From Chrysomallon squamiferum (lineage: Eukaryota; Animalia; Mollusca): DNA of 64,000 nt. The notes beneath the pieces are model-generated. The model had not been told where the DNA came from, made no database searches, and saw nothing but the letters and a program-made list of their open reading frames with translations. Positions within the stretch are counted from its first letter, which is position 1, and the number at the start of each line of letters is the position of its first letter. This document shows, piece after piece, positions 13,001 to 46,883 of this stretch. The position numbers were made by a program, and so were the translations under genes. The stretch is from the NCBI GenBank assembly GCA_012295275.1, contig CM022670.1, forward strand, positions 30,938,001 to 31,002,000, given 5' to 3'.

Positions 13001-16000
13001 ATTTAATAATTTAACATCATATTAAGCTATATAAGTAAATTAAAAAGGATAATATAATCAATAAAAGAAAAGATTAAAAAAAATAAAAAAATAAAAATTA
13101 TTATTGTTTTTTTTAAAAATAAAATGTAGAACTCAAGGCAAATAATCATGAAAATAATTTTTTTTAAACTTTAAATTCTAGTGTACATTTAAAAATAAAA
13201 AAATTTCTTTTGTAATTTTAGTTAGCAGTAAATTTAAATATCTGAAACCAATCAACTGGACTTGTTGCATAAAATAAATATCAGTTTCAATTTAATATTG
13301 CACTCAGTCCTCCTTTGTGCATCCATGAAAGTAGGCCAGCAGTACACAAGAACGCACAGTAAAAAACAGTAAAATTAATGTTGCTATAAAAATTAAATTA
13401 TTTCAATTATTAGAAATTATTTACTGAATGTTTGACAACTAATCTAAATTTATAAGACTGATTCTAATCATAAACATATAAATTATTGACGTCATGGATG
13501 TTTTATTATTACTTCTTATTTATTAAATCAGCTAATATGAATAACAACTACAATATCAATGGAACATCATTTATTACTGTAAAAATTAAATGAAGTAATG
13601 GAGCCTGTTTTCTTTTTCTTTCTGATTTGCATTGTTTTTGTGTTGTTGTTTCTTAACTGAGACTGTTTGCATGAGATTGTTAATGTACGATAATAACAGT
13701 GAGATAATATTAATAAAATATTAACATTAGCATGAGGGGAAATCAAAATGTAGTTAAAATTTCATATTATTGGAATACATTTTTTTTTAAATGACTCATT
13801 TAAAACATCATTATTTAATGTTTTATTACTTTGCAAAATATTTTACATTAATAAATGGTAACCAATTATAATGGGATTTAATTACTAAATATATTAGCAA
13901 TATTATACAAGTAATTAATTAAGCAAATAAATAAATAAGAAAGCAGCATAGCCTTTTCTTTTGATGTTATATTCAATCCAACAAAATAAACCCTTAAGAT
14001 AATTTTTGTCAATCAATGGGTTGATTTTTGAGGGAGGGTCTGGTTTGTTCATAATTTGTGAAACTCCCCTTGTATGTATCTTACTTTTGTTTGTTTTCTG
14101 TGAGATCTGTTTGTGGCATGGCTTGATTGTCCATAAGATCAGGCTCTCTCTCAGATTTTAGTTCACCCAGCTCATCATCTTCTTCTTGTAGATGGGCTTT
14201 CAGTAAAGCAACGTTTTCTTTATGTTTCTTAGAGTTACCATGGTTGGAAAACCTGCTTGTGTGCAGTTGAATATTAAAATGTAAAAATATTAATTAAATT
14301 AATTTTGAAAATAACTTTTAATATTAATATAATGCAAAATTAGAAAGTAAAAAACAACAACAAAAACACAAAACACAAACAAACAAAACCTGTATCTTTA
14401 TTACAGAGGTAGTCATGAAGCTGCTTGAATTATATTAAAAATAAAAAGTAGTTTTATCAAAATCTAGTTTAATAATTAAAATTAAAACAAAAATTAAAAA
14501 AAATTAAATATGCATAAACAGGATACAGCATACTGATTGATTACTCAGATTTGGTTAATTTTACTTCCTTTAATCATTGTTAGTATACATAAAGAAATAA
14601 AATCCTGACTCTGTAATACATGAGTCATGTATTTAATAGTATTTCAGAAAATTAAAAAACAGTATATTACTTACGCTTTTTCACTTTTAAAAGATTTGTT
14701 ACAAGCCACACAGAACAAGTCATTATAATATTCTTCTTCTTGGAACACCTCTTCTTCTTCACCTAATTATAATAACAAAACATAAATCTGATAGACATCA
14801 CTAAAATTATTAAAACATCAGTGGCATGCAGAGATCTGGTGATGCCAGGAGCCAACTCCTTGATTGCTTGCCCCAAATACTGAGAAATATTATGAGAAGA
14901 TATTTTGAATATGTAAACACAAATGAAACATAAAATAAACACTTTATTTGATTTAAATATAAATCAACCAAATATATTAAGTTCTTTTCTCTGACTGGAT
15001 GCCTCCACCCATTTCGATGCCTGGGGCCAATGCCCCTTCAGCCCCCTTTGCATGCCACTGAAAAACATATAAAATGTTTTTACTGCTGTAAAAAATTAAA
15101 ATTCAAAAATGTCATAAATCAAGTAAAAAACCCCAGATAAAGAATATCAAATGAAAAAGACAGATGGAAAAAAACTAATGCACCTAATTCAATAAAGAAA
15201 ATGAAGATATTTATTAGATAGTGGAGAAGAAATATACTAATAATGTTTTCTGGCAGTTCTTAGTTATGATCACTCTAAAGGTAATCTGCTTAATGTATTT
15301 AATCAAATGAAAAATGAATTGAAGTGTATCTTTTCATGATATATAAGGCCTAATTACATTTGTACAAGCTTTTGCTGATAACAAAGTATGATATTCCCTT
15401 CCTTTTTGGATATCATTATTTTGTATATATAAATTTTTTTATTTAAATTCTTACAAATTACTATCAGCATTTCAAGTGTTTATTTATGAAAAGATATAAG
15501 AAAATAAGAGGAAAAAATATATCTTATTTACAAAAATGAAACCAAATCATAAAAAGAAAAAATGTATACCTTTAAAAAAATACAAAATCTATTCCATCTA
15601 TTTGTTCATAAAAGACACACTTTAAAAATTACAATTATATGAATGAGTTATTGATGATCACCATACTATTTTCCACAACTTCATCTCCACTCTCCTCTCC
15701 AAACTGTTTGGCCAGATTAGCCTCCAGTTGCTGAAGATCATCCTCCAGTCCTGACATGGCTGACCAGCTTGTCTCCTGATAATTTTCCAATCGCCTTTAA
15801 AATATAAAATGTATTTGTATATGTATATGTATATGTGTGACTGTGTGTGAGTGTGTGTGTGTGTGTGAGTGTGTGTGAGTGCGTGCGTGCATGTGTGTGT
15901 AAGATGTTAAATATTTATTGAAGCCATATAAATTTGTTTGTTATAGAAAATCCTATCCATTTTTTTTTAATGTCAAAATCTTTATATTGTCTTTCCAAGA

Positions 16001-18649
16001 TTTTCTTTAAAATGAAAATTTATCTAAAAGATCATAAATAAATTTAAAGAGTTCATTTTATACCAGAATAAATTTTTCTATTGAAATGTTTGTGGATAAG
16101 ACAACAAACAGTATATGAAAAAACTGTTGATAAGTAAGTAAATAATTGCTTACTTCAGCCTGTCTTCTAATTCCTTCTTTCTCCTTTCATTTGTCTTTCT
16201 GGTAATTTCTGAAGCTCTTTCTTCAAGTTTTTTCTGAAATAAATTTGTTTTATTAAAAGTATTTTAGTGTAATTACCAAAACCACTGCATTAGGTCTTTT
16301 ATAAATTGATTGTAAGATGAATCATGTCATAACTCATATTACTTTAACAGTTTATTCACCTAAATTTACAACTTACCCTGTGGGCTTGGACTCGTTTGTC
16401 TCTTTTGCGAACAAAAGCAACCAGTGCCTGCAAACAAAAAATCAAATCATTACAAACAAAACATATTATTTAACTCATGGTGATATATTAAAAAAATATT
16501 AAAAGTGTATGTTATTAAATCAGTTACATTTAGCTTTATAAAATATATTAAGAAGACTGAAGCACAGATATTATGATTCTTTCATGTTCCCTTAATGGAT
16601 AAGAAAACCGAGGAGGCAAATAAGAGTTCATCCTATGAACTTAAACTGCACTAAACTGAAATTCAAAATCACTATGTTAATTCACTGCTGCATGTAATTA
16701 TACTTTATGTTAATTCAATTTACTTATCTTATCAAGTCTACAACAAAAATCTTTAAGAATGAAATAATTTACTCTAATTTCATCGTTCCTTTCTTTCTTT
16801 GCAGTATCTCTCAGTTTTTTGTTTTCTGCTTCCATGAGTCTTCGTGTGCGGCGATCAGGAGCTTCTCTTGTGTCATACTTTTCAACCCACACATAAGACT
16901 TCGCTGTACAGAAAGCATGCCAGAAGTCATAGAACACTTGAACCACCTAAATAAACATAAATTTTAATTATCAGTTCTGTGTTTATTAAATTTATTAACA
17001 TATGACTGATTATTTTAGTTTTATAATAATTGGTAATTTTAATGGTTCTTAGGTGTATATTTTGTATCTGAGATGTAGAAAAATTTACTCATCAAGAACT
17101 ATTATGATAAAATCAAGCAGTCAAAAACAGTAAAAGACAAAAGATAAAAATAAACATTAGTTTTTTTCTATGCAATGGTCTTTAAATTTAAAATTATTAA
17201 AGAGTGATCTATATAAATTTTTCTACATTATAATATTTTGTTTTTAAAAACACCAACATTATTCACAATAAACAAATTTTATTATATCCAACAGAATATA
17301 TGAAACAACTGATTATTGCAACATAATTTTCCTTGTCATTATATATATTATATGCTATTTTCAACAGTAATTTTTGAAAACACAATGTTATAAATTTACA
17401 TCTTCATATGAACTTTGTGAATTTCCAAATTCTGGCATTTCATCATCTGTATCTTTTTCATCCATGAAAACATAATCTTCTTCAGCTAGTGTTTTGAATA
17501 CTTTCCCATAAACAGAATAAAATCCCTGGAAAAATAAATAAATATTAATATATACATTTATTACAATACAAATTAAAAATCACATTAATAATACTTATAG
17601 AAAGAGAAAAAAAAGAAAATAAATAATAAATTATGTTAACACTAATATCTGAAAACTAAACATGTGTCAGATGTGGATTCAATTATTTGTTTTTTAAATT
17701 ATCTATAGATATGTTTATACTGAAATTAAAGTAAAAAATTATAATAATAATAATTTGTACTCACATTCTCATCATCTCCATATCCAGAATAGCAGGATGA
17801 AGTAAAATACTGAAATAAATTCAGAGACTTGTCTTCATACTTCTCTCCTTGACCCAGACCTGCATAAATTCACATTTTAAAAATATCATCAAGTTAAACC
17901 TAATGAAGTGTTCAAATATCCACACACACATACACATGTACACAGACACACACATGCACATACAGACACACAAACAAAGGCAACTTTATCTTTTCTACTT
18001 GGTTTTATTAATAAAACTTGGTTAATATCAAACAATTTGGTTAACTGTTTAATCTGAAAACAAGAAGGCCACAATGAATTACTTTATTGTACAAATTATT
18101 AACATTCAAATTAATGTACATAATGGTTTTGTTTTTCATACCTCCTCGAAGTATAGCTTCTCTGTGTTTGTCATACCAGGCTCTTTCTTGAGCATCAGTT
18201 AAAACTTCATAAGCTTGTTGTACAAGACGAAATTGCTGTGTTGCCTCTTCAGCTGCATCAAGATTCTTATCTAGAAGGAATAAATAAAATATTACACTTT
18301 TATACTTACAAAATGATATGATAAATATAGTATAGAAATACTATTTAAAGTATTCTGAACATGTTTTATTCACAAATTACTTATGACAGAGATGCTTTCT
18401 GCCATATATTAACATAAATTTATAATATTCAAAGTAACATAATAACCTTATTAACATATTACTAGGCCTATTGATACCTCTCAAAAATGTAAACTAAAGT
18501 GATATACAACAGATTTTAGACAAAATATCATTGTGAATTTGGGTAATAGCAAACATGTCATATATAAATATCACTATATCATCATGTACACTATAAATTA
18601 TAATTTATTTTGATTTTTATTATATTTATAATTTTATTATTATTATTAT

Positions 18650-18706
<57 letters not shown>

Positions 18707-18976
18707 GTAGCAAACCTATATATAATATAACTATTACCATAAATTTAAATTTAAAAACGCAAGAATGAACTATAGATGAGGTAAAAATTAAATAAATAGT
18801 TAATTACTTTATTAATCTATATATATAATTTTTTTTTTTTGTTTTTTTTTTTAAATTTATTTATTACCTGGATGCCATTTCAGTGCAAGTTTTCGATATG
18901 CTTTCTTCAAATCATCGTTATCCGCAGTGCGGGAAACCCCAAGAACTTCATAATAACATTTAATTGACGAAGACAT
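7009..18976 (-). CDS. DNAJC21: DnaJ homolog subfamily C member 21 (J-domain plus two C2H2 zinc fingers; 60S maturation co-chaperone), 15 exons
   Basis: Exons (minus strand): 18976-18868, 18270-18142, 17859-17765, 17525-17400, 16946-16773, 16427-16377, 16233-16154, 15794-15667, 14762-14675, 14252-14085, 9348-9300 (or 9306), 9064-8988, 8635-8584, 7779-7525, 7164-7009. Motifs: KCYYEVLGV...[55 protein letters not shown], ZnF1 [35 protein letters not shown], ZnF2 [24 protein letters not shown]. Confidence 0.95.
9953..10186. repeat. Tandem duplication, two 112-bp copies (period 122 bp)
   Basis: 9953-10064 and 10075-10186 are near-identical (ATAATATCACATGCTTTAAGTTAG...TTTTCTTTAACAG). Confidence 0.9.
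11022..12362 (+). CDS. Uncharacterised secreted acidic/coiled-coil protein, 446 aa, single coding exon, nested antisense in DNAJC21 intron 10
   Basis: A 1341-nt uninterrupted ORF in very AT-rich DNA. Hydrophobic N-terminus ([21 protein letters not shown]), N-glycosylation sequons (NRT, NVS, NKS, NET), an E/Q/N-rich linker, dibasic sites (RK, KK, RR, KKR) and a helical C-terminal domain with two Cys. No family was recognised with certainty. Confidence 0.8.
   Translation: MAQLHFAVFYMGFNVLMCAPVHNGENQNEVTNILMNNNVESSNRTATSCESKLQEAIIKMANYQKQKMDLHTWVMQISHVIRLQQQLMNKLHTDINSFLRWTHGPNVSLQFPLINKSFVSNETEGAEETDVWDGDFRSDPRAGWLTQQGMMNEDPIAPESPSEPKPDLMEPLEVVDHEGGGGGVSIQIDQEQNENNENENEQKTETVVSNQVTEVDQKQENLDNLESITKAAVIENQNFVRQQTLSENIINKQLPETSTQSIKDRKNKKENAKGVLEPKERKKEQTEGQESEQQNDPNQYEIEKEKEIVEIEKETNQQDSENEQEAFEIDENPSKSKIRRNLMGLEMIESINTKPEVDTRESRSETTLTVHDLKKRMDACLSEANQREGFNELHGMERYTEINSVNQRLRMLECILQVMKSTPVARQNIFMSRLQRFLETMEHWEK
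14819..15060. mobile_element. hAT-type MITE (242 bp) in DNAJC21 intron 8
   Basis: Perfect 12-bp TIRs CAGTGGCATGCA/TGCATGCCACTG; 8-bp flanks TAAAACAT and AAAAACAT (7/8 match, hAT-type TSD); repeated GATGCC subterminal motifs. Confidence 0.85.
18635..18704. repeat. (ATT)n/(TAG)n compound microsatellite
   Basis: Direct reading: ATT run followed by a TAG run in DNAJC21 intron 1. Confidence 0.9.
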
Positions 18977-19353
18977 GTTTATCATTCAAACAGTATGTCT
19001 ATTTTATATGTACTGGACATTTCATATTTATAAACAGAACACAAATTTCGTAACAAGGTGGAAATAGAATTCTTTAGTGTGAAAAGTACACATTAATAAA
19101 TTGACTGTGGCTATTCAGCCGTATACGGTTAATAGTATAGAAACTATACATCCGGATCTTACTAAATTTGATTGCATTGGTCAAACATATAGGGACATTG
19201 TTCGGATTTTTAAGGAAAATCTCACCAAATGTTAACCTGTTTATGAAAAGAAGACTGATTATTTCTGCTGTCATCAGACCATTGCAAACTGATTTCTGAC
19301 ATCTCTAGCAGAAAACTTTAAAGCAAATTGGCATGACTTTTATCAGTTTGTGC

Positions 19354-19365
19354 GATGACGTCATC
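19354..19365. promoter_or_regulatory. Palindromic CRE/ATF site between the divergent DNAJC21 and Src genes
   Basis: GATGACGTCATC, a perfect 12-bp palindrome containing TGACGTCA, about 380 bp upstream of the DNAJC21 ATG. Confidence 0.45.
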
Positions 19366-21245
19366 ACTACAGAAATTTTAAACTACATTCTTTTGTTAAT
19401 AAGACTGAACGAAAAAAGTAAATAAGTAAATAAATAAAAGTAAACAACAACAACAATAATAATGGTAATAGTAATAAAATTAAAATAAATAAATAAAACA
19501 ACTAACAAATATTTTTAGATTTTTCATTTCTTCATATCACCAAAGGTATGTTTTAAAACTATTAACACTGTTATATAAACATAATGATCAGTATTTATAA
19601 GGAGAAAAAAAAAAAAGGAGATAAAACTCACCATATTATTACTATTATTATTATTATTGTGCATATTCACACATAATACTTTTTTTTTTTAATTGTTAAG
19701 ATTATTTAATCCATCTTGCCTCTGTGTAAGTATGTATATATGTATTATATCAAAATCACTGCTTTATTTAAATTTTGAATTCTTATTTGATGTAGAAATA
19801 AAAATTGAATTTTTTTTTTTATATATTTTTTTTTTTTACTTAATGAATAGTAATAATACGTGTGTGGGTGTGTGCGTGTTAATGACTAATTATTTCGTAA
19901 TAACTTCAATCTTCAAATACGGTATTTGAAAGGTAGATATTTACTTACATACGTCTTTTGTTATCAAAAGAATTAATTAATACGTAACTTAGTAAATATC
20001 TAACACTCAAGGCAGATCGTTTGATAAACAAATAAACTATCGAAAACGAAATATGCAACAGTCATTTATATGGTTATATACAAATAAAAAATTATTCAAA
20101 CATTAGTAATAACTAGTGAAATCAAATTAATGATCTGTAATGATCAGAACAAAGCGCTATATAGCATGAGTAATTGTATAATGCATGTCAGTGCTCCACT
20201 TCGTTATACGGTTATACAGACATAACATGGCCCTTAATAACCAGTCTCTTTGGAACAGCAAAAGATCGAGTGAGCGACGTTGTAGCAGATAAATAACAAT
20301 ATAAATAAATAAATAAATTAATAATAATAATAATAATATTAATAATAAAGAGGAAAGAAAACAAAAGTACGTTTACGGCAAATTTCGCGTAATTTGTAAA
20401 AATCCGTGGTCGTTTACACATTTCTACAACAAACTCATACAAATAATTATGAAAAATACAAAACTCATTTAATCAGTTATTTATTAATTGCTTTAAGTTT
20501 GTAAGAAAAAAAAATATGTTGTTAAACACCGTTTCATAATTTGACTGTTTCGTGCCAGTTGTCTATTCAGAATACACAAAACTTGGTTTTACATCCATGT
20601 TATTACCATTTATATGTTGTTTTATGTCGGTATTAAATTGTTTATCATTAAGAACACATAAACACAATTCATTATATTCTTCTGTTTAAACAAATTTCTT
20701 TAAAAATAAATTCAAAAAGAGAGAAGAAAGAATAAAATAAGTGTCAGAACAATGTTGATTTAATTCTTAAAATTATTTTCTTCGAAACTGATTTAGCTAC
20801 TGTTCAAGTGCTTTTTCAAGTGACCAATCAACGTCCTCAAAACAAAACACTTTCGGTGTCATTTACGAACTTCTGACTAATGCGCATTAATACATATTAA
20901 TTAATTTTTTGGCTCTATATCAATATAGCCAGCAAACTTCTAGTATATATCTGATTTTGATATAGACAAAGATATTGGTGCATCTATTTGGTTAATTAAT
21001 AATTAATATTATCATTAGGGTAACATACTTCAGACGTTTTTAAGGAACACCTTTCTAGGCGAATGTGGCAGGGATATGCGTTGTTTGGCTTTGTCTGAGA
21101 TCATAATGAATTTTAATGTTTTAGATGTTCTTTCATATTTACTATGGATGTACATATATATTTCGTAATGTTTACATCTGATCGAGAGTATATACAATTT
21201 AGGAAGATAAGTGGATTGTATAAATGTATGTAAATTAACAGTACG

Positions 21246-41805
<20,560 letters not shown>

Positions 41806-44800
41806 AATAGCTGTAGACATTTATTATTATCATTTTGTCACTTCATTTTCCAGAATGTTAAGTTACAGAACAAAAACAATTGTAGTAATGCTTGTTATTT
41901 TAAGATCTGGCTGTCAGTGTTGTTAGAGAAAGATAAAATTCTATAGAAAGCTATGGGATGAATTTACAAAGCATGTTTTGGTGTTTGATGCAAGTATTTA
42001 AAATGCTCGAACTTTTGTTTAAGTAAAAGAAGCTTCATAAATTCAACTCATTGTTTTCTGTTTCTGTGGAAGATTAAAGTCATGTGTATTTAAAGATTTT
42101 TGTTAGCCTATTTTTTTTATGATTTAATATTTGTGTTGGTATTAATTTAATAATTGTTATGAGTATATAAGTAATAGAAAGGTTTCAGTTGATGAATATT
42201 CTCATCTATTATTTGTATAATAATTATCTGAAAAGTAGAAAATGTCTAATGTTACCAAATACATGAATTTTTAAGTGTACATTTAATCTCTAGATTTTTG
42301 TGAATGGAGTTTAAAGTCAAAAAAAAAAAAATATATATATATATTTTATTTAAATTAAGTAACCAGCTTTTTTTTCTTTTTTTTTTGTCACTGCCAGTTA
42401 TAATGTTGCCCAGAAAATGCAGGATGGACTAAACAGAAATGATACACAGAAAAATCATACCCCAAAAATCAACAGCAATATTTGAAAAAAACAATATGAA
42501 AAAGATTGCAGTTTGTCAGGAGATTTATATTTGTATTATTTTAAAAGAGTAGTTGATAATTTTTAAGGAGTTACGTTCATTCATATAACATAATCCAAAG
42601 AAACTTATTAGCAAACCTGATCAAATATATAATCTATGTTACTTGATTTGTGATTAAATATTTTTGTAAAATCTTTTTTTTTGGTGATCTTTTATAATTT
42701 TGTGGGTATTGTAGTGCTGTTAATCAGTACATTTTTGTTTGATCATAAATCAGTGCTCAGATACCATTCCTGTATTTTCTTTTAAGAATTATAATTTGTT
42801 ATGTTTGTCATTTCTCTAAATTATAATTATTAACAGATTTAATTAGTTGTTGGTTTAAAAATAATTACTTTGATAGAATATACAAGAAGGCAAATTGCTC
42901 TAGTAAATGAAGTCAACCCTTTTTTATTTTAATTTATACTTTTTTTATAATGTACATACAGCTGTAATTTATAGCACTATTATAAATTTAGAATTGCTCT
43001 GCTTCAGTTTCATTGTCACCATTCTCCACAGAATGTTTTTTTATTGTATGTATTGTCAACTAATTATGAAAACTGAAAGAAATGTTCATCTACACTGTCA
43101 GAATTTGCTTTAAAAAATAAAATAAAATAAAGGTTTTGGATAATTTCAATATTTGCTATTCTTTACATTCAGCTGCATAATCCAACTGAGCAAAACAACA
43201 TCTTTTTAAAATGTAATAATGAAAATTTCTAAGTGGTAATATAATTCCAAATAATAAGAATAAATAAAGAAACCAAAAATAAATTAATTTACTTGCCAAC
43301 TGAGATTATGAAGTAGATATTTGAAGTTTAGTTCTCTAAGTATTAAAGTTTTACTTTGCATGTTAGAAATTTAAAATCTCATGTTAGGTATTTGATTAAT
43401 TTACAAAGAAGTATACAGTCTTTGTTAGCATGACCTTACAGTATTCTTTGCTATTAAAAACAGCCCTATTACATCTTAATTATTTTGTAAAAATTAATAG
43501 ATATAGTTGCATGTTTTTCATTAGTATTTTTTTGTATTTATTATTGTTTTGTTACACCGAGTGAGTGATAGTGCCATGATCAAGACTGCGTTAACAACAC
43601 TAGTCACTGATCAGAATATGTGCATACACCAACCTGTGTATTTTACATTCACAGTTTTTGGAAAAAAGTACCAACTTTATACATTTCATAGTGTTTATAA
43701 CCTGTATTTGAAAATCCTTGTTTGTTTCACTTTTCTCTGTTTCCATGGTTTTCTTTCAAGTATTTAAAAATAAATAGATACGTAAAATGAAATTTAATAT
43801 GTATGCTTAGAAAGTTTATTGTGATAAGTATTTTGCATTATATTTCACTTTTTTAATAAGATGATTGGCTTTTTTGTTGAGGGTTTACAATTTATTATTT
43901 GATAATTGTATTGGCTGGTTATATCGAATATTAATATTTTGAGTTTTAGTTATTTTATAAGGTAACGTGAAGTACATAAAAGAAATTTCTATAAGAAAGA
44001 TAAGAAAAACCAAATTATTGTCATCTTGAAGAAAAAATATAATATTTAAATAGATTTGATAAATTATACTTCATTCTGTTTAACATTTAGAATTTAGAAA
44101 ATTGATTATATGCTAATAATAATGTGTTTGAAAAAAGTAAATGTGATGCAAAAAAACAAATGTTATATTTCTGTTCTCCAAAGATACGTTCATCATGAAG
44201 ATTTTGAACACACTTTATTATAGCTTTATTACTGCATGTTCAGATAGTCTGATGGCAATTAGTAATTGTATGTAACAGGGTAAAAATAAGATCACCTAAC
44301 CAATTTCATGTGAATTGAAACTTATAAATGTTCATGTTGTTGTAAACTGGATTTTTCATTGAAAATTTTGAAAACAACTTTTACAAAATTTAATTTGGGA
44401 AAAAAAAAAGAAAAAAAGGTTGTAAACTGACATTAATTCAACATTTTACATTTTCACAATTACAAATATTGGGACCAATTAAAAACATAGTGATACTTAA
44501 TGTTGATTGTCTACTTTTTTAATTATATATTCAGTTGCATTTTTAGAGCAGTGAATAAGCAAAATAAAAATTGTCATGCCACAGTGAATTCTTAGACGAT
44601 TTATTATTGATTTGGTGCTAAGTACTCAGTGGCTCATAATTATATTGGAATGAACATATTATTTACAAGAAAAACGCTCAGATTCATCTTGTGCCAACAC
44701 CTGAACGTTTTCATGCTTATAGATATATATTTATAGAGTAGATTGTGTGCAGCTATCTAGTTCCTTAAAAGATAAATGTGAATCTCCCATCCCATTGTTC

Positions 44801-44859
44801 TCTGAACTGTAGAACAAAGTCTCAGAGGAGATTTTGTTTATTGCTTTAGTGCTTGGACA

Positions 44860-44891
<32 letters not shown>

Positions 44892-45419
44892 CTCATTGCT
44901 TGCAAAACAAATGTAATCATGTATGTGTTGTGGCAGAATGTGCAATCCATCTTCATTAACATGCAAATTTTATTTGTACAGTTTGCACCATTTGCAAGAT
45001 GCATTCTTATTCTTTCTTATGTAATAAATTTCTACCTGCTCTTCATGAACTGTTGTTATACTTTTAGATAGTGTGCATTTGCGAGAAAGAGGAAAAAAAA
45101 AGAAGATAAAAGGACCTCAAACTAAATGCTTCATTCAATTTACTGCTTACTGCAAGTAGACTAAACCATAATTTTCAAATCCCTTACGTGAAAGCAAATA
45201 AGGGCTAGCTGGGAAAAAATGATAATTTTATTATTGAGGGATTTCTGAAATACAAGATTTTCCCACTAAAAATAAATGCTTTTCAAAGTTAGTGATCGTT
45301 TATTTTATTACTTTTTTTTTTTTTAAGCAGTTTATATTTTTGGAACTCGATAATAAAAAACAGCAATTTGTGTATAATTTTAATGCAAAGTCATTTCATG
45401 AAACTTGTAAGTTTTATTT

Positions 45420-46847
45420 TCACTTCAGTTTAATGCTGCGCTTAATACCAGCACGAATACCAGACAGCTCTCCACCGTATGGTTTGATTTCGGTTCTTAC
45501 TTCTCGAATCTGAAAATATATATAAAAACACATTTCTTATGATAAAACTTAATGAAGATTAAAACTAAGCTATCAAAGTCATAAATAAACTACAATACTT
45601 ACTTTAAAAACCCCAACATATAGCAGTATTTCAGTATATTATCAAAGGCTTGAATACAGTTTCCCTCTTCATTTTATAAGGCATGCAGCCTTTAATTTGA
45701 TACTGAGAAAATCATGTCCAAGCAAAGATTTTTTTATTAATGTATATTTATCAAACCGAAAACTAAATAATAAAGAGAAAGAAGATTTTAAATTATCATA
45801 CATGTCTATTAGTAAGAACATTTAAACACAAATGTCACTGTTGTGAAAAAACAATGTTAACAGATTACCTGTCCTTTTCTTCTTATTTTGGCTTTCCTGT
45901 ACTTCATTCTGTGTTTGACTCGAGGATTTCTCAGTTCTTTCTTTTTGTGTGGTGTTAACCCCTTGTTCTTTGCCATCTGAATAATAATAATAAAAAAAAT
46001 ATTTAGCAAAAAAAATATTAGCTATTTTTATAAGTTTTAAACAATAATAGTAATATGGAGAAATATTTTACTGAACTTGAAATTAATATAAATATTGTTG
46101 ATAATACACTGATGTTAATTAGTTGATATATAAACAATATTTTTAAGCATTTAAATATAGAGGTATGAGCTGGTTCCACTGGCTGAAATAATATGCAAAG
46201 TATATATTAGGTATTGGCAGGCAAATGTTTTCTGAATTTAATTTCATGTAATATGCAAGAAAATTAGGACAAAATAAAAGTTGTAGCAAAAAGAAACAAA
46301 ACACACCAAAAATTATGACAAACTCTTTGGCAAACTCTAATTTGAAAAATAATTGATACAAAAGACTTAAAATCAACAAGAGTGCCAGGACTGACTTGTT
46401 AAATGAGCTTACTTTTTTCACCCAGACGTTTATGTTTGCATGTGTGTTCACAAAAACATGCTAAATGTGCCAAAATCTTCAAGATAACACATGGCAGAAT
46501 GCCCCTAAAATGACTAAAAGTGCAAACACAGACTGTGGTTTTAGTTTTGGTCTCATCTGAAAAATTCAGTGTTGTAAACAATTTGTTAAGAATCTTTCAA
46601 ATGACATACTTGAGTCTAACATGCCAATCCCATAATTTGTTTTACCTTTTCAACCTTAAATAAAAATGTGAGCCAGTGCACCCTTACGTCAACAGCAACC
46701 ATATAATATTTGGCACCTTAAGCCCCAAAACTTTGAGAAAACAAATTGGAGTAGTTTCATCAAAAATTTATCAGAATTTAACATTTATTTATTGTTGTTT
46801 ATACTTTAAAGAGCAGCTGATCTGCCATTGCTGCAGTCACTGAAAGA

Positions 46848-46883
<36 letters not shown>
